Shown: in pieces, positions 14,529 through 21,132 of the stretch
How the letters are laid out: every line of letters begins with the position of its first letter
How positions within the stretch are numbered: the stretch's first letter is position 1
NCBI GenBank assembly: GCA_039024555.1
Contig: JBCCQQ010000084.1
Location: 1-21,132, forward strand
DNA length: 21,132 nt
Source of the DNA: Cyanobacteria bacterium P01_D01_bin.156
Lineage (GTDB): Bacteria > Cyanobacteriota > Cyanobacteriia > Phormidesmidales > Phormidesmidaceae
Reading direction: 5' to 3'
The notes under the pieces: model-generated
The model's input: only the letters and a program-made list of their open reading frames with translations
What the model was told of the DNA's origin: nothing
Databases searched by the model: none
Program-made: the position numbers and the translations under genes

Positions 14529-15368
14529 ATGGTCAGATCGTCCGACTTAGCTAAGCTTTGGAAGCCAAATCTGTCTGGTATCGAGCTATTTGAAGCGAGA
14601 TTGCACCGGCATCGGTTTGGGAAGCACTTTCATGAGGCTTACACCATTGGTTTTAATGAATCCGGTCAGGGCTATTCCCGGCATCAGGGAGTGAACCAGG
14701 TGCTAATACCTGGCAACTTTAATCTGATCAATCCAGGAGAAATGCATACGGGCCAAGTAGCCTCTCCAGACGGTTGGACGTTTCGCAATATCTATATTGA
14801 ACTGCCGCTGATGGAGCAGGCCATAGAGCAGTTGGAATGGTTGGGCAAAGGACAGCCCTATTTTAACGCACCGATTTTTAACCATCGCTCTCTGGCGTCG
14901 CTGTTCTACAGTTTGTTTGAGAGTTTAGCCAGCTCCACCGATCTACTTAAGCAACAGTCTCTTTTGCTAGAGCTGCTGTCACAGTTGTTTCAAGTTAATG
15001 GAGAAAAATCTTTTAGTTTACGACCAGCCAAGTCAGAATCTAGGACGGTAATGCAGGTCCGCACCTATTTAGAAGAGTACTACAGCAAAATTATATCTTT
15101 GGACGAGCTGGCTCAGCTGGTTAACCTGAGTCCGTACTATCTAATTCGCTGTTTTCGTCAGCAAATAGGATGCGCTCCCCATCAGTATCAGCGCCACTGT
15201 CAGCTTCTACAGGTGAAACAAGCCTTACAACGTCAGGAAGAATCCTTGGCTGCGATCGCAACCACCCACGGCTTCTATGACCAAAGCCACCTTAATCGAG
15301 CCTTCAAACAAACCTACGGCGTTACCCCAGGCAACTATCAAAAGGACAATTCTGTCCAATACGGCTAA
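14529..15368 (+). CDS. AraC-family transcriptional regulator
   Basis: Cupin-type N-domain (FGKHFHEAYTIG, LINPGEMHTG) and double HTH (SLDELAQLVNLSPYYLIRCFRQQIGCAPHQY; GFYDQSHLNRAFKQTYGVTPGNY). ATG 14529 is preferred. Confidence 0.95.
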   Translation: MVRSSDLAKLWKPNLSGIELFEARLHRHRFGKHFHEAYTIGFNESGQGYSRHQGVNQVLIPGNFNLINPGEMHTGQVASPDGWTFRNIYIELPLMEQAIEQLEWLGKGQPYFNAPIFNHRSLASLFYSLFESLASSTDLLKQQSLLLELLSQLFQVNGEKSFSLRPAKSESRTVMQVRTYLEEYYSKIISLDELAQLVNLSPYYLIRCFRQQIGCAPHQYQRHCQLLQVKQALQRQEESLAAIATTHGFYDQSHLNRAFKQTYGVTPGNYQKDNSVQYG

Positions 15369-15445
15369 TCCCAAGCACTTTTATCCTGAAAACCACCGCT
15401 GTTGATAAGGCTCAGCAACGGTTACAAATATTCAGGGGAAAGGTC

Positions 15446-16624
15446 ATGGCCGCAGCAAACACTATTTTGAGAGATGTTTCAATCTCTGCAGTCATTGCCG
15501 GATTTGTCAGTATTTTGGTGGGCTTCACCAGTGCCGGAGTGATTGTCTTTCAGGCAGCTCAGGCCGTAGGGGCATCGTCTACAGAAATTGGCTCCTGGCT
15601 GTGGGCCTTGGGCTGGGGTCAGGGATTGCTCAGCATTGTACTTTCCCTGCGCTACCGTGCCCCCATTGTGATGGCCTGGTCCACCCCCGGTGCGGCCATG
15701 TTAGTCACTACCACCGCCGATATTAGTTTGCCGGAAGCTACTGGAGCCTTTATGGTCTGTGGCGGATTAATTGCCCTGTTTGGGTTTACCGGTTGGTTTG
15801 AGCGACTAATGGATCGATTGCCGCTCTCTTTGGCCGCTGCCATGTTAGCTGGGGTGTTATTACAGTTTGGTCTAGATGTCTTTACCTCTATGACCACACA
15901 GTTTGTCATGGTGTTTGCCATGTTTTGTGTGTATCTCGTAGTACGCCAGCGTTCTCCCCGCTACGCGGTGATCGCCGCTTTACTGATCGGCATTCTTTGG
16001 GCCGGTGTGCAGGGGCTACTGCCCGCAGAAACCCTGCAGATACAGTGGGCCAAACCTACATTTGTCGCACCAAAATTCTCCATCACGGGACTGGTGGGCA
16101 TTGCCCTGCCCTTGTTTGTGGTGACCATGGTTTCCCAAAATGTGCCAGGGGTGGCGACTATTCGCGCTTTTGGTTATCAGGTGCCCACCTCTCCACTGAT
16201 TAGCTGGAGCGGCATGGCCACCTTACTATTGGCTCCTTTTGGTGCCTTTGCCATTAATCTAGCCGCCATTACTGCCGCCATTTCCATGGGCCAAGAAGCC
16301 CACGAAAATCCAGATAAACGCTACATTGCCGGAGTTACGGTGGGAGTGCTGTATGTCGTAGTGGGTCTTTTGGGTGCAACGGTGGTGGGCCTGTTTGCCG
16401 CACTGCCCCAGGAGCTGGTGGTTGCGATCGCAGGTTTGGCCTTACTCAACACCATCGGCAAAGGTTTAGTGAACGCTTTGGAGCCAGAAACCGAACGGGA
16501 AGCCGCCCTCATTACCTTTCTAGTCACTGCCTCTGGCGTCAGTCTTTTAGGGATTGGTTCAGCGTTTTGGGGCCTATTAGCAGGTGGATTTGCCACCCTG
16601 GTTACACAGCTTCGCCAAAAGTAG
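15446..16624 (+). CDS. benE: BenE/YdcO-family (benzoate:H+ symporter-like) membrane transporter
   Basis: LSLRYRAPIVMAWSTPGAA, LAAAMLAGVLL, ALPLFVVTMVSQNVPG, INLAAITAAI, REAALITFLVTASG..LLGIGSAFWGL. Confidence 0.93.
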   Translation: MAAANTILRDVSISAVIAGFVSILVGFTSAGVIVFQAAQAVGASSTEIGSWLWALGWGQGLLSIVLSLRYRAPIVMAWSTPGAAMLVTTTADISLPEATGAFMVCGGLIALFGFTGWFERLMDRLPLSLAAAMLAGVLLQFGLDVFTSMTTQFVMVFAMFCVYLVVRQRSPRYAVIAALLIGILWAGVQGLLPAETLQIQWAKPTFVAPKFSITGLVGIALPLFVVTMVSQNVPGVATIRAFGYQVPTSPLISWSGMATLLLAPFGAFAINLAAITAAISMGQEAHENPDKRYIAGVTVGVLYVVVGLLGATVVGLFAALPQELVVAIAGLALLNTIGKGLVNALEPETEREAALITFLVTASGVSLLGIGSAFWGLLAGGFATLVTQLRQK

Positions 16625-16860
16625 GCGAATTCACTCGTAAATGACGGATTATGATCCTAGTTCAGTCACCTATCAGCTTTCCTTAATGGCTTGCCCACAG
16701 TGCTTTTGAGCAACCCAATCTCCAAAAATACCTTGTATACTAGAGCTGGCTACGTAAAATCACTTAATTATTATTTTATGTGATAACAATCCTGATGCTG
16801 TGACTTCCTGCTGGTGTTGGGATCTAGGTCTATAAAGTTACCCTGTATTCATCTATCGTC

Positions 16861-18279
16861 ATGGCACCCAATATTGAAGACCGCATTCAGACAACCGAGC
16901 GGGACAAGAATCAGGACCTGTTTAATATCAAAGTTTTCCTCATTGCCGCTGGTGTTTTAGGCATTGCATTTTTGGGACTTACCTGGTTAAGCCGTGGCGA
17001 GTTGGGCATTGGTAGCGAGCCGACAGAAACTGAAGAACTGCAAGCCGAGCTGATTGAACCTGCAGAGCCAGACGTTCCCCCCAGTAAATTGAGCCAGGGG
17101 CAACAGATTTTACGGCCCACGTCGGCCATGCCTCTTAAGGAAAATGGGGCAGAAGCCATGGCCTCCGGTGACTATGAAGCTGCAATTTCTGCATTTGAAC
17201 GCGCCCGCACCGTTGATAAGTCTGATCCAGAAGTATTGGTTTATCTCCATAACGCTCGTATTGGTGAACAGGATGCCCATGCCCTGGGGGTGGTTGCTCC
17301 CCTGACGACCGATCCGGTAGCCGCAACCGGTATCCTGCGAGGGGTAGCTCAGGCCCAGGACGAAATCAACCAGGCAGGTGGAATTCAAGGTAAACCACTA
17401 CGGGTATTTTTAACGGACGATCAGGGAAACGTTGACCTAGCCCAAGCGATCGCAACAGAACTTAGCCAAATACCTGCAATGATTGGTGTGATCGGGCACC
17501 ACACCACAGAAACAATTCAAGCCACTGCTGAAACCTATACAAACGCGGCACTGCCACTTATCTCTACAAGCCCCGAGAGAGAAACCGATGCTACATCCCT
17601 GCTATCAACCGATCTACCGATTGCAGAGGCGTTGGCATTCTATATGGATAAGCTGAACCACAAAACAGTTATCCTCTTCTACGATGGCACTAGTGGCTAC
17701 AGTCAAACATTTAGAACCAATTTCCAACCTGCTCTTGAGGGGGTTCAAGGAAAAATGAATGCTGAGATAGATCTATCAGCTATTCCTGCAGATCTAGCCA
17801 GTAATCCACCAGAAGCCGAGATATTTCTCCTTTCTCCGGGCTACAGTTCGTTGGAAACGGCAAAGGATTCCATTGAAATCATTCCCAACGATAAGGTAGA
17901 TCATTTTTACCGCCATATTTTTGGTAGCCATGAGCTATTTCAACCCGAAGTACTCCAGCTGTTTGGTTCTATGGCAACGGGCACTATTTTGGCGGTGCCA
18001 GATAGCATTTACCAAAGTGCAGCTTCTCCGTTTAATGAAACAGCCCGCAGTCTATGGGATGCCCCCATTGATTGGAAAACAGCCGCTAGCTACAACAAAG
18101 TAAAAAGTATTGCTGGAGCTCTAGAAGAGGACGTAAATGGCGGAACGGTGCCGCAGGCCATCGATAGCAGTAACGATACAGTTCGTATTTTGAGAGTGCG
18201 AGTTAATCCTGAAGCACCTTCAGGCTATGAGCTTGTCTCAGCTGGCACCATGACCAAGGACGGATTCAAGGCGAACTAA
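16861..18279 (+). CDS. Membrane-anchored branched-chain-amino-acid-type (LivJ/PBP1) substrate-binding protein with a TPR-like segment
   Basis: N-terminal TM helix; GDYEAAISAFERA...DPEVLVYLHNAR; ILRGVAQAQDEINQAGGIQGKPLRVFLTDD; IGVIGH. The C-terminal half looks divergent. Confidence 0.85.
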   Translation: MAPNIEDRIQTTERDKNQDLFNIKVFLIAAGVLGIAFLGLTWLSRGELGIGSEPTETEELQAELIEPAEPDVPPSKLSQGQQILRPTSAMPLKENGAEAMASGDYEAAISAFERARTVDKSDPEVLVYLHNARIGEQDAHALGVVAPLTTDPVAATGILRGVAQAQDEINQAGGIQGKPLRVFLTDDQGNVDLAQAIATELSQIPAMIGVIGHHTTETIQATAETYTNAALPLISTSPERETDATSLLSTDLPIAEALAFYMDKLNHKTVILFYDGTSGYSQTFRTNFQPALEGVQGKMNAEIDLSAIPADLASNPPEAEIFLLSPGYSSLETAKDSIEIIPNDKVDHFYRHIFGSHELFQPEVLQLFGSMATGTILAVPDSIYQSAASPFNETARSLWDAPIDWKTAASYNKVKSIAGALEEDVNGGTVPQAIDSSNDTVRILRVRVNPEAPSGYELVSAGTMTKDGFKAN

Positions 18280-18732
18280 ACGTCGTCAGTTTGTAGCCAT
18301 TGCTGATGAGGTTTACTCGGGGACCTGCCAATACCTCCCCACTTAATTGGGCTGCAGGAAAATAAGCGGCTGCTAGACGCTATCGCGCTATGACCAAAGC
18401 AGACTCTGCCCTTACTGGCCCTTAGCTTAAAGACCTTTGCTAGAAGATTAGCTAGACATATCCAGACAACGGCATTCTTCTAGAAAAGGTAGTATCCAAT
18501 AAATTGATCCATTCTCACTGTTGTCTTCGATACACTCTAAAGAAATTTGATACTTATGTAAGGAAACTGTAGGGCTTAGCCCCTTGATGGGTCTAACCAG
18601 TTCATATCGGCATACATTGAACACATAGAGAAAACGCTTATTGCATAACACTCTATTTCTAACCTTATATTCAAGTAGACAGACCCCTGTATTACTTGCC
18701 TAAGTTTATTAGGCCCCCTTTATATCTAAGCC

Positions 18733-18777
18733 GAAACCCTCTGTGCCCCGTGTACAGGGGGTTTCTTATAGTTTTTT
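18733..18777. terminator. 14-bp stem-loop with T-rich tail
   Basis: GAAACCCTCTGTGC-cccgt-GTACAGGGGGTTTC (two G-U pairs) followed by TTATAGTTTTTT. Confidence 0.5.
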
Positions 18778-18852
18778 GCTTCTAGACACAAACAAGCTCC
18801 TGCATTTGTATCAATACGTAAAGGTTTATCGATTTCGTGGGTAAGGCAATGA

Positions 18853-18930
18853 TGTTGAGGGCAATTTAACTCCATCAGAGCTTTCCTCAACACACACTTC
18901 AGGCTTCTGTCCTAGGGCAGGGGCTTTTTT
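18853..18930 (+). ncRNA. Candidate small RNA with Yfr1-like core and intrinsic terminator
   Basis: TGTTGAGG/CCTCAACA stem, CA-rich segment TCCTCAACACACACTTC, then the terminator GCTTCTGTC-ctag-GGCAGGGGC-TTTTTT. Confidence 0.4.
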
Positions 18931-19044
18931 ATCGGCTCGGCTGTGGTGTCGCTGTAGATTATTTCCTAGAATATATCTCGGTGCAAATGGTTGAATGCAT
19001 TCAGCAGTTTGCTAGATAGAAGCTCTAAAGCGCTTTGTAAAGCT

Positions 19045-21039
19045 ATGGGTCTGGTTCCCCTACCCCACCTTTCAAAAATTGTTCACCTGCGTCAGGCGCT
19101 GGCTGTTCAGCTGGAGCTGATGGCGGAGAGCCTTGAACTTTTGCAGTCGCAGTTAGATTTGACCCAGCTGTTTGCAGATGTCTCCACAGCCAGTGACCGT
19201 CTGCGCCATGGAGTTTTTCGTATCCTGGTACTGGGGGATATGAAGCGGGGTAAAAGTACCTTTCTCAATGCGCTGCTGGGAGAGCGATTATTGCCCAGCA
19301 ATGTAAATCCGTGTACGGCGATATTGACGGTACTACGCTACGGGGAAAGCCCTGTAGTAACAGTGCATTTTGTCGATGGCACATCTGAGCAGCTGGATAT
19401 GGACACATTTAGCCAGCGCTATACTATTGACCCAACAGCAGCCCGCGATACTGCCACCAGTCCGTTTGGCCACGTGAGCCATGCTGTTATTGCCTATCCT
19501 CTGGAGTTACTAAGAGAGGGGGTGGAAATTGTGGATAGTCCTGGTTTAAATGACACGGAGGCTCGTAACCAGCTCTCCCTAGGTTATATCCAAAACTGTC
19601 ATGCCATTTTGTTTATGTTGCGGGCAACCCAGCCCTGCACCTTGGCAGAACGACGCTACTTAAACAACTATTTACAGAATAAGGGGCTATCGTTATTTTT
19701 CCTACTCAATGCCTGGGACCACATTAAAGATAGTCTGTTGGACCCGGACGATCCAGAGGAACTCGCCCAGGCAGAAACGCGCTTACATAAAGTATTCCGT
19801 AGTACCCTCAGTGACTACTGTGGGGATGCGGTTAACAGCTACGACCAGCGGGTATTTCCCATTTCGGCGTTAGAAGTGTTGCGACAACGAATCAAAACCC
19901 CTGAAGCACCCATCCAAGATCCTGGATTTGCTCGATTTCTGACCACCTTAGATACGTTTTTGACCCAGGAGCGAGCCAGGGCTGAGTTTGAGCCGGTAGT
20001 GGCTCTATCGCAACGCACGCTATCGGACCTAGAAGAAAAGGTCCAGCTGCGGCAGGCGCTTTTACATCAAAGTATCGCGGAGCTAAAACAGTCGATTTTG
20101 ACCCTGGCTCCGGCCTTTGAACAGCTTGTGCAAATTCGCAATGACTTTCAACAAGAGATTCGAGTTAGCTGCGATCGCAATGCCACCGCCATCACCACCG
20201 CTTTTCGAGACTTTATCCTCAATCTAGAAACCACCTTTGAAAAAGACTTTGCCCCGTATCAGCCCGATCTTTCCATCATTGACCTGGTCAGCCCAGCTGG
20301 ACGACAACAGTTTAACCACACATTAGAAACCGCATTTCAGAGTTACCTTAACGAGCAACTATTGCGCTGGAGCCGCACCCTGGAACCCACACTGAGCAGT
20401 AGCTTTCAGGCATTATCCCAACGGGCGGCCCACTACGGGGCCTCTTACCATCGCGTTACCCAACAGATTCTTTCCACACTGAGCGGTCAATCGGTAGCGG
20501 TACCTTTAGACAACAGCCAGCCCAGCTGGGCCGCCTGGGCGGTGGATGCCCTAAATCAGCCCACCGATACGCCAGAAATTAAGGCGGTACTTACCAGTAT
20601 TGATGTGCAAAGTATTTTGATCAACCTAGTGGCGGCGGTTGGGGCCAGTTTACTGGCCTCTAGTTTGATTAGCTCCATCGCGGGACCGATTACCCTAGGC
20701 ATTGCCACCCTAGGTATTGGCGCATTTCAGATCGACCAAACCCGTCGTGCGCTGGTAAAAGCGGCTCGACAGGAACTGAGTACCCACCTACCCCGCATTG
20801 CGGCGGAACAACAGCAGCCCATTCATTCTGCCATTGTGGATTGTTTTCGAGAGTATGAACAGGCGGTAATTAGTCGTTTAGATGGAGATATTCAGGCCCG
20901 CAAAGGTGATTTAGAAACGTTGCTAACCCAGAAACAATCCCAGGAATATGAGGGACAGCATGAGCTAGAGAAATTGAAGGCGGCGTTGGCCAAGGTAAGA
21001 GAGGCGGATGGTGCGATCGCGAAACTCTACACCTTTTAA
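19045..21039 (+). CDS. Bacterial dynamin-like GTPase (BDLP family)
   Basis: G1 LGDMKRGKSTFLNALLG, G2 LPSNVNPCTA, G3 IVDSPGLND, G4-like LNAWD, long helical stalk and hydrophobic paddle (ILINLVAAVGASLLASSLISSIAGPITLGIATLGIG). The start is uncertain (18991 TTG or 19045 ATG). Confidence 0.93.
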   Translation: MGLVPLPHLSKIVHLRQALAVQLELMAESLELLQSQLDLTQLFADVSTASDRLRHGVFRILVLGDMKRGKSTFLNALLGERLLPSNVNPCTAILTVLRYGESPVVTVHFVDGTSEQLDMDTFSQRYTIDPTAARDTATSPFGHVSHAVIAYPLELLREGVEIVDSPGLNDTEARNQLSLGYIQNCHAILFMLRATQPCTLAERRYLNNYLQNKGLSLFFLLNAWDHIKDSLLDPDDPEELAQAETRLHKVFRSTLSDYCGDAVNSYDQRVFPISALEVLRQRIKTPEAPIQDPGFARFLTTLDTFLTQERARAEFEPVVALSQRTLSDLEEKVQLRQALLHQSIAELKQSILTLAPAFEQLVQIRNDFQQEIRVSCDRNATAITTAFRDFILNLETTFEKDFAPYQPDLSIIDLVSPAGRQQFNHTLETAFQSYLNEQLLRWSRTLEPTLSSSFQALSQRAAHYGASYHRVTQQILSTLSGQSVAVPLDNSQPSWAAWAVDALNQPTDTPEIKAVLTSIDVQSILINLVAAVGASLLASSLISSIAGPITLGIATLGIGAFQIDQTRRALVKAARQELSTHLPRIAAEQQQPIHSAIVDCFREYEQAVISRLDGDIQARKGDLETLLTQKQSQEYEGQHELEKLKAALAKVREADGAIAKLYTF

Positions 21040-21132
21040 TGTATTGGATGTTTCGTGGTGTGGTGGGGGGGGCGGCCCCCCCCCCCCACAACCCCAAAAC
21101 AAAACACAAAAAATTTTATAGAATTGAAAAAA

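Noticed and set aside
18295..18310. GCCATTGCTGAT as a further copy of the ~90-bp element
   Set aside because: Only a partial left end; no matching right arm or internal blocks seen.
18448..18651. Free-standing 67-aa minus-strand ORF
   Set aside because: GTG start without a clear RBS, AT-rich and no recognisable motif. It cannot be excluded but is unsupported.
18808..18821. Possible NtcA site GTA-N8-TAA upstream of the candidate sRNA
   Set aside because: The right half-site is mismatched and there is no convincing -10 at the expected distance.
11413..21109. Track ORFs 11413-11661, 14703-14885, 15652-15921, 15925-16203, 16321-16596, 16911-17159, 17110-17388, 17135-17326, 17921-18103, 19107-19301 and 20870-21109
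   Set aside because: Shadow ORFs of larger confident genes; the last also begins in low-complexity terminal sequence.
21040..21132. G-run/C-run hairpin and A-rich tail at the window end
   Set aside because: Homopolymer-rich sequence typical of a low-quality contig end. It may hide a REP-like hairpin but cannot be trusted.
1..21132. tRNA, rRNA, CRISPR arrays, transposases or integrases
   Set aside because: No cloverleaf or rRNA-like sequence, regularly spaced repeats or mobile-element ORFs were recognised.

Overview
Cyanobacterial chromosomal DNA (HIP1 octamers GCGATCGC; gene content typical of a filamentous Leptolyngbya-like strain). The first ~14.4 kb is an iron-starvation photosynthesis island. 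It contains a FecCD/FecE-type ABC importer, two hypothetical genes, a membrane-anchored phycobilisome linker (cpcL), three isiA-family chlorophyll antenna genes (one fused to PsaL, one strongly divergent with an extra C-terminal helix), flavodoxin (isiB), a small Cys-rich membrane protein, a divergent 2Fe-2S ferredoxin, a hypothetical gene, a flavin thioredoxin reductase, a YwiC-like protein, a secreted TPR protein and a canonical petF. The reductase lacks NADPH-binding motifs and looks like the ferredoxin-dependent FFTR/DTR type. Fur-box-like 7-1-7 palindromes (TGAGAATnATTCTCA-like) precede most transcription units. The rest holds an AraC-BenE module, a substrate-binding protein and a bacterial dynamin-like protein. 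Main leads: (i) a possible iron-sparing PSI/IsiA -> flavodoxin or special ferredoxin -> FFTR -> thioredoxin circuit; (ii) a shared ~90-bp hairpin element just upstream of both isiA-psaL and the FFTR gene; (iii) an unannotated PsbY-like small ORF; (iv) a Yfr1-like candidate sRNA. All calls are by eye; no searches were run.
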